A stretch of DNA of 64,000 nucleotides. Origin: Cetorhinus maximus. Its lineage: Eukaryota. Shown here one piece after another: positions 51,258 to 63,566 of this stretch (positions are counted from its first letter, which is position 1; each line of letters opens with the position of its first letter). Below the pieces are notes generated by a model. It was not told the DNA's origin. It saw only the letters and a list, made by a program, of their open reading frames with translations, and made no database searches. The stretch spans positions 49,538,001 to 49,602,000 of the forward strand of contig NC_135891.1 in NCBI RefSeq assembly GCF_964194155.1, in the 5' to 3' direction. A program made the translations under genes and the position numbers.

Positions 51258-51360
51258 TCCAGTTCTGATGCAAGGTCACTAACCTGAAATGTTAACTCTG
51301 TTTCTCTCTCCACTGATGTTGCCTGACCTGCTGAGTATTTCCAGCATTTTCTGTCTTTGT
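51258..51360 (+). mobile_element. Penelope-like 3' fragment with decayed hammerhead motif
   Basis: agtt-CTGATGc-aaggtcactaacct-GAAATGTT-aact, then tctctccactgatgttgcctgacctgctgag. Confidence 0.75.
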
Positions 51361-51391
51361 GGTTCAGTTAGTATAGCACTCTTGCCTCTGT

Positions 51392-51558
51392 GCGCTGATG
51401 TACCCCTGTTGGGGGGGAAATTGATGGGCGGGCGCATATGGGCGTGCTTCCGATCGGCACCCCCAATCGGAGGCACGCCGCCATTTTACGTGGGCGAGCC
51501 AATTAAGGCCTGCCCAGCATGACGTCCGCACAGAAGCACTATGTGCTCCCTGTGCGGG

Positions 51559-51589
<31 letters not shown>

Positions 51590-52119
51590 CGTGGAATCCC
51601 AAAATCGAGAGTGCATTCTTTCACGCATGCGCACGAAAGAGTGCACTCATCTCCCGGAGGCTAAATGCTGCCTCAGGGAGATCGGCTGTAAAAAAGACAA
51701 AAATAGAGAAAAAAAAAAAATTCCCTTACATGTCCCCTCATGTGACAATGTCACATGAGTTGGGACATGTCCATAATTTTTACAAAATCTTTATTAAAAT
51801 TTTTTAAAGCCTACACGAAGCCTCATCCCACCCGTGGGTGAGGTTTCATGTTTTTCCTAGTTCCTGCCAGGGCTCTTGGCCTGCCCAGCAACCTTAAGGT
51901 TGGACAGGCAGGTCCTTTAATTACTTAATTGACCCTGTCAATGGCATCAATTGGCCATTGACAGGTCGGCGGGCGCGCTGATTTGGCTGCACTCCTGCCT
52001 TCCTGAAAATTTAAATCGGGCAGGGTGACATCGGGAGCTCCCCCTGATGTCACCGCACATTATTTTACACGCCAGCGAGCGGGCCGCGCCCCCGCTTGTC
52101 AACTTGTAAAATTCTGCCC
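51392..52119. mobile_element. Harbinger-type MITE (longer version of 8405-8903)
   Basis: Ends gcgctgatgt...aaaattctgccc. TSD TGT on both sides. CpG-rich, with G29 run at 51561-51589. Confidence 0.88.
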
Positions 52120-52202
52120 TGTGAGTTAAATCCCATTCCAGGGCTCAAGCACAACTATCTAGGCACACGCTTCAGTGCAGTACTGAGAGAATGCTGCACT
52201 CT

Positions 52203-52331
52203 GGCCGGGATTTTCCGGCCCCATCGCAGGCGGGACCCACTGCGGCTGAGGCGGTGCCCCAGCCAGCAGCCCACTGACTTGCGGCGGGACCGGAAGATCC
52301 TGGCGACGGGCGGGTGTGGAAAATCCCACCC
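52203..52331. mobile_element. 129-bp Harbinger-type MITE
   Basis: TIR ggccgggattttcc / ggaaaatcccaccc. TSD TCT on both sides. Confidence 0.9.
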
Positions 52332-53559
52332 TCTGTCTTTCAGATGTGATCTTAAAACTGAGGCCTAATCTGCCTTCTCAGTTGGGTGTAAATGATCCAT
52401 TCACACTATTTTGAAGAGCAATGGGTTTTTCCCTGGTCTCCTGGCCAATATTTAACCCTGAACCAACATCTCAAAAACAGGTTATCTGGTCATGGTGTGG
52501 AAGCTGCTGTGCGCAAATAAACTGCCATGTTTCCTACTTTATAACAGTGACTACAATTAAAAAGAACTTCCTAGACTGCATGTGAAGCACTTCGAGACAT
52601 CCAAAGGTTCTGAAAGGTACTATTTAAATGCAAATGTTTCTTTTTTTTTCTTCTTGAGTACTTATTTTTACAGCTGAGTGGCTATCTTGGCCATTTTAGG
52701 AGGCAGTCAGAATCAACCATGGACCTACGGGACAGGGATGACCAGCTTGCTTCCCTAAAGGACATTGGTTGGTTTTTGAACAATTCGTTCACTTTCATGG
52801 TCATTTATTTGTTTGGTGCTAGCACAAATATTATTGATTTCAATTTCTCAACTTGCCGTAATGGAATTTAAATTCAGGCCAACCCTGACTAAATTTGTGA
52901 GATGGGTCCATTCTCCCTGTCCAAAGAAAAACATTTGTGAGTGACACTTTTACCTTAACTTCCTGCTGTTATATATAATATGGAACAACATATCCTTTAA
53001 ATGGAGAAGAAAAAATGAACTTCACACAGTTCAATAGTGACCCCGATTTTCAGCTGCTTTAAATTCAAAAATTATGGGAGACATTTTTAAACCCCAGGAA
53101 TGGGCGGATTGCGGACGGGAGTGGAGTTAAAATAATAGAATTTTCAATCACTACCACAACCCAGCTCCAACATGTCCACTTCCAGGTTTAATGGTGGTGT
53201 GTTTGGGTCTCCTGAGTGGCAATATCTTATCTTAAATTATTACTCGTAGACAGGTACTTATTGCTACAATTAAGGGGTGAGAAAACAAATGAAGCCTGTT
53301 GTGAGTGAGCGAAGGTGAAGTAATCACTCAATCGATGCTATGTATTCGGTGAGAGTGACTATGAGACAATTATATCACATTGCAAAGAGTGGCAACAGTG
53401 GATGGATAAGTGCAGGGGTGACAAATACATAGAAAGTGAAGGTAGGGTGCTTCTGAAAATTGTGTTGGTGTGAGGAGCAATGTGATAAAGCACACTTGAC
53501 AAGACAAGACAAGACAAACTACAGGATGTAGGTGAATCAGCAAATCTACTAATTTTTCT

Positions 53560-53790
53560 GGACATGGTTAGAAAATTAAATTGTTTCGTACATTACATCC
53601 ATGACCAGGGCACATTGCTCCTGCACTTTATCTCTTCAGCTACCTCCAACCAAACTTCTTGGTGGGGGCCATAGGTTTCTTATTCTCATTACTGGGGAAA
53701 GGTATGTTCTTCTTGCTCCTGACTGGGAACAGCAGTAAATCCAGCAATGCATCATTAAATCTAAGGTACTGCCCCTTTTCTATGTGCACC
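53560..53790 (-). pseudogene. Myb/SANT exon of an outer, internally deleted Harbinger (~53075-58450)
   Basis: EKGQYLRFNDALLDLLL...FPSNENKKP, then WLEVAEEIKCRSNVPWSWM*CTKQFNFL. Harbinger-like left end at ~53075. Confidence 0.75.
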
Positions 53791-55139
53791 TTTCCTAAAC
53801 ACCTGGATCCATCTGTATATTGTCCTATAAATGTAGCTGAGGTTGCATCATGCTTGCTGCACAGCTTGGAGATGCGAAACGCAGAAGTCAAAATCTATCG
53901 CTTCAACTGAGTTGATGGGTGGAATCTTGTGCTGCTCCCAGCAGCAGAAAGCAAGGTGGGTGGGGGAACTTAATGGAGCAGGAGGCCAAAAAGCAGCTTC
54001 CCAATGGGGGCTGGGGGTTGGGGGGGGGCGGGGTGTGGGGGGGAGGTGATACTAAGCTATTAAGTTTTGGGAAATTTGAAGGCAAGCATCAGGAAGCCCT
54101 TTTGCATGCATTTACATGTCATGCATGCTCAATAAAAGACAATCTTGCCAGAATTAAGTTACCCGTGAGGACCAATATGTGCCTTCAGGTTTACGACTGC
54201 ACAAAAGTGACATGCTAGCAGGCAAGGTAGTCAACTTGCTGGCGTTCACGTGAGTAGCCGCTGTATTTTTCCTCTTTGGGGAGCGTTGTTCAGTCATGCG
54301 ATGATTGAGATTAGACTGCTTTCCACTCAAGGCACACGGGATAGGGAGGCTGGCTGACCGAGGGAGGGAGTCCGAGGATGGGAGGAAGGCAGAGAGTCTG
54401 GGGAAGAGTGGGAGGCAGGGAGGGAAGGCAAGAGTGCAGAGAAGTGGGTGGGGAGGAAAGGGGGGCTGGGGTGGGAAACATGAGGCTACTGGACCAAGTA
54501 GGGAACCTCAATGTTGGAAGAAATGGCTGTAAGAAGAACAAGGGGCAAACTGGGAATGGTTTTCCTGAGGTCCTGAGACTCGGGGGTAACGGAGCTCAAA
54601 GATGATAGATGGAGTGCATAGGATGATGGATGGCAGGTTGAGGGTTGGGGTGGGTGTGGGCCACAGTGCAGTCTGGGAACCTCAAGTTCCCTGACAGCTG
54701 GTCAAGGCTAATAAGGGGTTGGGTGGAACTTATCTGAGTTCAAGGCAAGGGTGTTGGACTGTGGCTCAAGGATGGTGGAGGGAAGCTCGGCAGTGATAGG
54801 AGGGCACACAGTCATGGCTTCCAGTTCCAGAGTCAATGCTCCAGTCTCCATGCACATGGCTGCATTAACAAGAGATCTCGGCACTGATCCTCCAGGATGG
54901 GATTGATCACAGTGGGGTGGGTGGACGCCAAGGTTTGCCCGATGCTAAGTATGGGGCTTCCCATTGGGCAGAAATGCTCAGGACAGGAGGGAGGGCCTCA
55001 AAGAATATGCTGACCAAATCGAACCCTGCAATTTGTTCACAGATAACCTCAGTCAGACATGATGTTGGAGCAAGTCAATCTAGCACTCCTGATAGTAATG
55101 TTACAACTGCGGAGGAACCGCCGGAGTGTGGGCCAGGGC

Positions 55140-55558
55140 CATGCAGAGCAACTACCGAAACATCAACAGGGAGAGGCAGCAGAGGGACAAGCAGTGCAGG
55201 ATGCCTGCAACCAGGGATCTGTGTGACGTCCAGCATTGGCACACAATCATACCGCAGGCAATGCTGATGTTTGAGAAGCAACACCTGAGGCGGCTTAGGA
55301 TGTGGTAACTTGCCTATTCCAGCTGCTCCATGAAGACCTGTGCACATGAGGAATGGGAGACAATTCAATGCTGGTCGCAGATTTTGTTGCAGAGGGGTGA
55401 TGGAGGGGCCAGATGTCTCCTCTGACCAGGAGGAAGGGGAAGACGATGCTGCTCGTCAGGGAGTGGATATTGCAGATGCAGCAGAAGCCAAGACAACGGT
55501 GCATCATGGCAGACAGGCCCGTGACAATCTTATCACCACCAGATTCCAGGCCGAGTGA
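55140..55558 (+). pseudogene. Transposase relic lacking the DDE core
   Basis: N-terminal MFEKQHLRRLRM lies next to the acidic C-terminus ...GRQARDNLITTRFQAE*, which resembles the end of 27602-28768. Confidence 0.7.
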
Positions 55559-56399
55559 GGCACTGACACATGTCTACTGCGCTGTGGGTTCTAATCCTCT
55601 GTGAGGCCGGGTTCCCTAGTGGGCACAGACGTTTTGATTTCATTTCATTGCTCTTATATCCTGGTGGCTGCATTAAATTTTATGTATTCACATTAAACCT
55701 GCTGGTATTGTGATCTTGTGTATGGGCCACTCAGAAATGGAACACATCACACTGGTGAAAAATGTGCTTCCCTGACAACATTGTGGCATCAGTGCCAGCA
55801 GCAGTGCAACGCTACCTGTATAACACTGCATATTCCTGTGACCAGGTAAATGCTGCAGCCCCTTGGCTCAAGCAAGCCCACATGCATGCAACATTGGAAG
55901 CCACATGCACTGTTAATTTGGTGGAGATTCATTCCTGTCTCACTTGACGCATTCTCCAAATGGGGCAAGGCCTTGCAAAGAACTCTGTCATGCGGACACC
56001 AGCAAGGCACAGAATGACTCGGCTGCAGACGCTCCTCAGACAGCAGCCTCAGAGGAATGATGATCAGGTGAATACTACATGATGGGTAGTCAGTTGCATT
56101 CCAAGGCTGCAACTTTACAAATGACGCCTGAGGTTCAATCCCACAGGTGTCAGATAAACAGAGATGCCACCACTGACAATATGACACAATAAATGGTGTA
56201 TCCATAGGCCCACACCATCCACGACTGATCAAGAATTAAGTACAATGCCCTTAAATACATGTGACCATTGCAGCAACTAGCAGCATAATGAAAATATGAC
56301 ATACATGAATAAATGCAATTAAACATGTATTTACAAGTGTGTTTCATATGTGCAGTGATTAAACACCCATGCCACCTTTGTGCCCTTATAATTTCTTAA

Positions 56400-58113
56400 T
56401 CTTTCTTTTTCTATTATTATGCCTAGGTGCAGCCCCGACATGCATAGCTCAGGTGGAGGCAGCCTGTTGATTGCTACGCCCTAGAAGGCTCCAGCCTGCT
56501 GAGGGTCTCCTGCACAGGTGACGATGCACCATCCTCGGCCTGACCCACTGGGGGTGAGGGAGAGGCAGGGCACCCTTGGAGTGTCCTAGGATGAAGCCCC
56601 TGGGGTGCCTGGCTGGCACTCCTCCTCCCTGTTGGTACGCTATGGTAGCTCCTGACTATTAGAGGAGAATGCGCACCTGATGGAGGTGGAGGAGCCTCGA
56701 CCCCTCTCACCTCGTCATTGCTGCACTGCATCCATCTCTGGCATAATGGAGTACAGTTCCAAGCACATAGCCGTAGTCACTGAGTACTCTTTTGGACTAG
56801 TTCCTCCATGGTGGTTGCCACCCTCTCCATGGGGGAAGTAAAGTCCTCGCATGCCGGAGCCATGACAGCACTGATAACATGGGCGGATTCCTCTATGCTT
56901 CGCTCAAGACTGTACATGGTCTCTGGCATATCCAAATGATGTTCTCTCACCTGTCTCCATCAAGTCTGTTATGGATGAACTCAGAGACTCATAATCTCTA
57001 TGGGGCTCAGCATGGGCCTGCTCTGCAGATGTCCTCCGAATGTCAGGGGCCTCAGCTGTCACATCCTCTGTCAGCTGCAGGCATGTGTCTGTGATTTGCT
57101 CACCAGATTGTGACCCTGAGCCTATTCTAGAATGTGCACCCAATAAGGTGAATGTCTCTGTGCTGGTGGAGGGTGCAGGGGAATGCTGTGATGGTGCATC
57201 CTCTATGGATTCTGGGGTAAACTCAGAGATTGTCCTCAAGGTGGAACTGGAGTTGTAGATGGAGGTGGAATTGGAACCGTGGGAAGGGTGTTTCGTCATC
57301 TTGTTCTTTGAGTGTGTGAGTACCTGCAATGGAGAACAAAAAGAATTAGCTGATGGTTATGCACAATCCTTTTTCAGAACAATGTTTCAGGCATTACTGC
57401 TCTAAGGCCATTTGTGAACACAAGGCTGGAGGCATCCTCACTTGATGGTCTCTCCATCTGCGTATGCTCAGTCCTGGTCATCCCCGGCAAGTTCCAGAGC
57501 CTCTTCCACAAACAAGGTAAGGATTTTTATGTCTGGGACTCCTTCTCCAGTCATGTTGTGCTCCTGGTGATTATGAGCATTTTTCTCCTGCAGAGAGAGG
57601 TGATTGAATGTCATCCCAATGGATGCAGAACCACTATGAGCATGCAAGCCCATGACAGCTCCCAAGCCCTCTCCAGTCAGTGTTTGACATCCACACTGTC
57701 TTACAACTAGTATAGCATTCACAGCATGAAGCGGTTCCCACACATTAGGTCCACATGTTCCATCTGCTGCTGAGCCCAACAACCCAAACTCCCCTCTGAC
57801 ATCCCTCTGCGCTTGCACTACTTAATGCCCCTATGGCTGTTATTTTGCAGTGACTATATGATGCCACTTACCCAGGTGGAGCACATGATCATTCATCCTC
57901 TTCCTGCACTGCACCCAGGTTTTGTAGTGAGCCCCACTGGCACTAACCTGTGCTGCAACCTCCATCCAGGCTGCCTTGGTCAGACAGGGGGAACTCCTGC
58001 TGCCATCCCTGGGAAAGGCAGGAGCCTTTCCCACCTATTCTGGATGGCCTGGAGGACAACCTGCAGTGAGGAATTGCTGAACCGTGAGGCCAGTCTTTGC
58101 TTTTTCTGAGACA
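56400..58113 (-). pseudogene. Three-exon Harbinger Myb/SANT gene relic
   Basis: MSQKKQRLASRFSNSSLQVVLQAI...TKAAWMEVAAQVSA...KTWVQCRKRMND, donor gtaagt ~57871. Exon 2 EKNAHNHQEHNMTGEGVPDIKILT after acceptor ctctctctgcag. Exon 3 after acceptor tccattgcag ~57324. Confidence 0.88.
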
Positions 58114-58483
58114 TATCCAGATGGGGAAAGATCCAAAAGTTTGATTGCAGTCTCGGCGTCCACTCAGACATACGGACTGATGCTGCTGGCTTGTAGGGAA
58201 TGAATGCCTGTTCTTGTGACCTTTAAATACGGTAACCCCATGAGGTAACGGCAGGAGCACTGACTTCCAGCCCACCCTGCCGCATAAATCACCATGCTCC
58301 TTGACCATGCATAGCTAATTGGCTGGCCGCCATATGGTCTCGGATGGCTAGCCGCCCCACCCCCAAGCGGAAGTGTTGCTCACTTCCTGTCCTGCTGCTG
58401 ACAACCTCGTTGTTGCCAGAAGATTCCACCCGATGTCACAGATTCCCACCTACTGATTTGACATCAGGGTTTCACATGTGCAA

Positions 58484-58805
58484 TTCATAGGAACATAGGA
58501 GCAGGTGTAGGTCATTCAGCACGTCGAACCTGCTCTGCCATTTGATACGATCATGGCTGATTATCCACTTCAAGGCCTTTTTCCAACACTATCCCCATAT
58601 CCTTTTATGTCATTGGTATTTAGACAATTTGTCAATGATTGAGCTTCCACAGTCCTCTGGTGTAGAGAATTCCAAAGATTCACAACCCTGAGTAAAAAAC
58701 TCCTCATCTCAGTCCTAAGTGGCTCCCCCTATATTTTGAAATCATGCTCCCTGGTCCTAGGTTCCCCAACGAGGGGAAACATCTTACCTGCATCTACCTT
58801 ATCCT
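58484..58805 (-). mobile_element. CR1 LINE 3' end
   Basis: DKVDAGKMFPLVGEPRTREH and (cataggaa)n tail. Confidence 0.9.
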
Positions 58806-61380
58806 CATGATGGTGATGATGATGGCAGATTGTTCCCAGGTGAAGATCATGGGAAGGCTTATCTCTGGTAGTTGGCATGATCATTGGTGACCGATGAGAA
58901 TTCCTCCTCCCCTGGACTCCCACCACCTTCCAGATTAATATCAGGGCCAGTGTTTCTGGTTAAAGTTCTGATGAGATTTTCCATTCCGAAAACATTTAAG
59001 AAAAATTGTCCTCTGTTTTGCATCACAAAGGTTCAGTTTGGATTTGTAACATTTCCTTCTGTATGCTTAAGTGAAAAAGACTTGATGAACTGGGCCTGTT
59101 TCCAGTTGGATGGTAAGATCAATTATGCAACAACATGAAGTAAAAACTCAGGTAACCGTAGAGATGAAGCTACTCTGAATCCACAGAAAATGGAATGTTG
59201 CATATACCACTTAACTGAAGCTCAAATCACCAAACATTCAGGGGTTGCCAAATATTGCATCACATTTAATCTTACAACTGAAAAGTGAACATGAGTGTGA
59301 GCTAATCCACTTAAAATTCTATAAACAATAAGAAGGTTGTATCTCTGTTGCATCCTTTCTTGTCTGGCGATCATTTAGTAGCACCTAACATTTTAAATAG
59401 CCAAAAATCTTTAATTTGATTACCCAGGCTTACCAATGAAAATATAATTATAAAATCTTCCCAGAGGACACTGTAATTATTGTCTATCTGGAGGTGATTG
59501 TCAGTCTGGCTAGGGGGTCCCGGATGAGCCATCTGGGTCGCGAGCTCCGGGGCAGCAATGCAACTGGTGGGGCGGGGCGTGGGGGGGATTCAGATTTTAC
59601 AACCCCGCAATAAACCGCGAGGGCCCTTTAAATGTGCACAATTTGTTTAGCCTGTGGCCAATGAGCTGATTGCTGACATCAACAGAGCCTGCAAAATGGT
59701 AGATGTCTTAGTTTTTTATGCTTGCATCTCTGTGGTTTGAGCCCCCAACCCTGCTCAACAACTATCCCCTTGCCCCCCTCACCCTGTAATATTCACTCTG
59801 GGACTGCACCAAGTATCAAGCATTAAAATGTGTGTCACAGCAGAAAAGAAGTTTGGAAGCACCGTGATAGTAAGTTTTCTTCTTCAACTTCTGTCAGCCT
59901 TGTGGTGAGGGCGCTCCTACATTGATGGTAGGAAGAAGCTGCAGACAGAATAGTTTCTACTTTCACAGCATTATGGATTTCTAAGTCTAATAAGGTACAT
60001 GCAATATAAACCTTCCGATGGTGAATCTCAATCTCACCTCAGCAAAGCCTCCAGCATTGCCTTAATTAAGAGTGTTTACATGGAATGTTTTAGTGATGAA
60101 ATTTAGAGTAATTTTGTGCACTGCTATTATTCATCTACTGAATTTGAGAGGTTTCAGCAATGCAAAATAAAAGTTATTAAAATTATTTAAGTAAATTAAC
60201 TTAATGTGCACTTGTTTGCCAGAGTATCACTTTCAATAAAATTAACTATGGGGTAATTAAAGTGTGAACCAAATAAATGAAACCTTTCTACTTCTGACGG
60301 AAGCAATATATCATACATATATAAGATGTTCTATAGATCTGAAAGGGTTACATCAGTTTAAGACTACCACAGTTTTTACACTTGGATAAATTTACAAGTG
60401 GATGTTCTGAAAAAATTAACTTGCAGATTATGCTGCCAATGTGGATGACTTCTTCTCACTGACATCTGCAACTGTACAATGGATGGTGAAAGGAGCCTAT
60501 TTACACCATGTAGACTGCAGACATCCCACTTTAACATGCAGCATCCTAACATTAATATCCAACAAGGGCAAAAGAGATTAAAATCAGAATAATAAAACAG
60601 CCTCGATAAAAGCGGTGTTGAGTGTTTTTTTATCTCAGCCCATTCCATATACTTATACGAAATTGGCCAATTAGCAAACAACTGAAGTATGTGTCAGTTG
60701 AGCAAGTGAAGTGAAAGATTGTGGAAAATGGTACATTTCCGGCTAATCCAGCCTGTCTGTCAAGCATTAACTACCTGTAATGGGCAAATCGATAAGCAGG
60801 CCACTATGTGACAAGCCTCTGATCTGTATAATCATCTAGAAGCCCACCAGCATTTGCAGTCAAAGAAATAATGCACCTACTGCTAAATGTTTGCATTACC
60901 TTTAAAATCTGTCCAAAATTTGTACATTCTCCATCCTCTCTGAAATACAGCTCTTTGATCAGACAACTATTTTTTGACAATGAGTTCCAGGTGTTAGACA
61001 TGACAGCAATATCTAAAACACTGCAAATGAATACAGTTAGTGTCTTTTTCCTCCAATCGGAGTTGAATGAAATATTTATAACACTCCTGTGCCTAACAAT
61101 TGTGTGAGCTACAATCACAATTTTGCAGTTGCTATATTATCAGCTGCCTTTAGCAGAACTAGTTTCCTCATAATCCCAGTGTTTAGTTTTCAAGGGCAGT
61201 TGTCCTGAATGTTACTCATCTTATAATGTTATCCTTTCATTCCCAAAACCACCAGTACCAGCATCAAAACAGTAATTATAAAATGATTGTGCATCATTAA
61301 AAATTTAAACATACCTAGAGTTAATACAATATAAATCTACTTTATATTTAAAGAAATACTCAACTTAATGAATGAACAAA

Positions 61381-61497
61381 GGGTGGAATTTTACCACCCT
61401 GTAGCAGTGGGGGCAGGGCTGTAAAATATGGCGAGCCATTCAAAAGTCCATCGACTTTGGCGGGATCGTAAAATCCCGTGGGCATGACATTTCACCT
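61381..61497. mobile_element. Short MITE
   Basis: gggtggaatttt...acatttcacct in an AT-rich background. TSD not clean. Confidence 0.55.
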
Positions 61498-61749
61498 ATA
61501 AAACACGTTGCCTCTGATAGTTGCTTTCTTCTTGCTCTGATACAAATCTTAAACTACCTTCACCGATGTGTGCCATAGGATGTGCGCTCTCCAACTTTGG
61601 ATACTTCTTCAATTGATACAGTTATGATCAAATCACCAAAGTATTCATTATCACAATGCTTTACTTGGAAAGTCAATCTTCAGCCAGGAAAGAAGTGAAA
61701 ATGTAAATGTTGATTTGAGTTAAAAGAGCTCAAGTTTTTTTTTGTGTAG

Positions 61750-62190
61750 TTACCATGTATTACATGGTTTACACAGTACAGAAACAAGCAATTTGGCCCA
61801 ATTAATCTGTGCCAGGGTTTATACTTCACTAGGTCTTCTCCCATTCCATCAACCTGATTTTAGCCTTTTAGCATATATTTATGTTCGCTTTTCTCTCTTG
61901 TTCTTGGATTCTTTCCAAAGGGACTGGACAAGTTATTCACCTTAACTGCTTTCTGTGAAAGCAAGTTCCACATACTAACCACAAAGTAAAGACATTTCTC
62001 TTTATTTCCCCAGTTGAATTTATTAGTAATTATTTTGTTTTATGGGCCCTAGTTTTGGATTCTCCTGTAAGTGGAAACATTCTCTCTACATCTACCTTGC
62101 CCAACCTAGTTATACTTTAAAACCATTCATTGGGTCTCCTCTCCGTCTTCCCTTTTCTAAAGAAAAACAACTTGTTCAGCCTTTCATGAT
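61750..62190 (-). mobile_element. Degenerate CR1 3' end, followed by a MITE-like start at ~62198
   Basis: ggtttacacagtacagaaacaagc..., caagttccaca..., tctacatctacc...ccttttctaaagaaaa. Confidence 0.65.
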
Positions 62191-62549
62191 AACTTTAGGC
62201 TGGGATTTTCATGCCTCCATTCGTGGCATGAAATGGAGGCAGAAGGGTTATAGAATGGCAAGCAAGCCCTGTTTCCAGGATTCCTGTTCCTCTTCCCAAC
62301 TCTGGCAATTTTTGTCAGCATGGGTGTAGGTAGTGAGCCCACGCACAGCATTTCTGCCCTTGCCAGCTCCATTAAAGGAGTGGGCTTTTCAGACCCCCCA
62401 CTATTTTAATGGAGATGGGCCCATTTTGGTAGCAGACATGATACATGGCATCTCAGAAGGCTCCGAATGGATTGCAAATGGACATACCCAGACATTTGAA
62501 ATTCAATACACATTTTCACAAGGGTAAACAGAAATTAGTTGACAATGGC

Positions 62550-63390
62550 TTTCCTGGAGGTTTGAATTACTTTTTCCCTATCTCAACAAACTTGGAAGAA
62601 TAGGAGCTATAAAAGTTAAGAGCTGAGACATTTAAAAGGTTAATTACCTCAGCTCAAAGACAATAGATGCGACTCTGCCCCAGACTTGGGCCAACCTAAT
62701 ATGGAAGCATTATTTGACAGTTTTTGGAAAGCAGCCATTTTGAGTTTTGAACTGAAAAAGGACAGGCTGCAAAAGAGTCCCAGGAAGAACTCAGAGAGAC
62801 ATCATAGGAGAGGGTTCTTGGCCAAGGGAAGGCAAAAAGGAAGGTATTCAGAAATCAACTGCTGTTTTGCTGAGAGAGTCCAGGCAATCTGTAAATGCAG
62901 TAACCGCAGAACTAATGAGGAACAAGAAACCTTTCTCTCCCAAAACCTGCTGAGTCCACCTGAAAAAGGCAAACCATGGCTATTCCACTACAGAAGCCAT
63001 CACAACTGTTGAGACCAACTCTTCAACTTCAATCCTTCGTTCCAGGTTACCAACGCTTCAATTGCAAGCTACAGGTCTGCAACGACATGTTAAAGGGCTG
63101 AACTGAATTTCATCTTTATAAGTGTATTTTATCCTTATCTGCATTTAACCTTTGTATGTATTTAGTTAGTAACTTTATAACTTTTCCTTAAGGAACTTGC
63201 AGCAGTAGTTCTGTCATAAAATAACCTTTATCTTGTTTAAGACTAAAGCTTTGCTGCTGGTTACTTTTAAATTGAATCACTCGCAGATTAAAAGGGGCCT
63301 ACAAATGCGTACAAAGATCCTTAACTCACAGGCCACTTTGAGGAAACTCCTTTACATGAACGTGACAACTGGGGTCTCATGTCTGGAATT
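62550..63390 (+). mobile_element. Gypsy LTR (5' boundary uncertain) ending ...gtgaca at 63367, plus tRNA-Pro-like primer-binding site
   Basis: tggggtctcatgtctggaat at 63370 resembles the PBS-Pro consensus TGGGGGCTCGTCCGGGAT. Confidence 0.7.
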
Positions 63391-63566
63391 GTATCCCATT
63401 GCAAAATGAGCTAAAGCCAGGATTTAATCCATTGCAAAAAGAGCCAAATTTTGAACTGCAAAGAAATGGGAAGTAGAAGGAAAGTAACAGAGACCAAATT
63501 GTTTGAAACCTAATCAGAAGTTACAACAGCAAGCTTTGTTTTGTAAAAATACAAACAACAAATTAA

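Larger units (their letters stand above)
51361..52640 (+). mobile_element. tRNA-headed Deu-domain SINE (SacSINE1-like), split by two MITEs
   Basis: Head ggttcagttagtatagcactcttgcctctg...aaatcccattcca. Core cagtgcagtactgagagaatgctgcact...tctttcagatg...cctggccaatattta resembles the recalled DeuSINE core. Confidence 0.75.
53917..58431. mobile_element. Harbinger element, 4515 bp, with perfect 12-bp TIRs
   Basis: gggtggaatctt (53917-53928) / aagattccaccc (58420-58431). TSD GAT on both sides. Confidence 0.93.

Noticed and set aside
51561-51589. G29 homopolymer giving poly-Gly and poly-Pro ORFs
   Set aside because: Simple-sequence expansion inside a MITE; the length may be a sequencing error.
58805-58825. 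His6-encoding stretch (HHHHHH)
   Set aside because: Short (tga/tgg)n microsatellite next to a CR1 fragment; no vector context.
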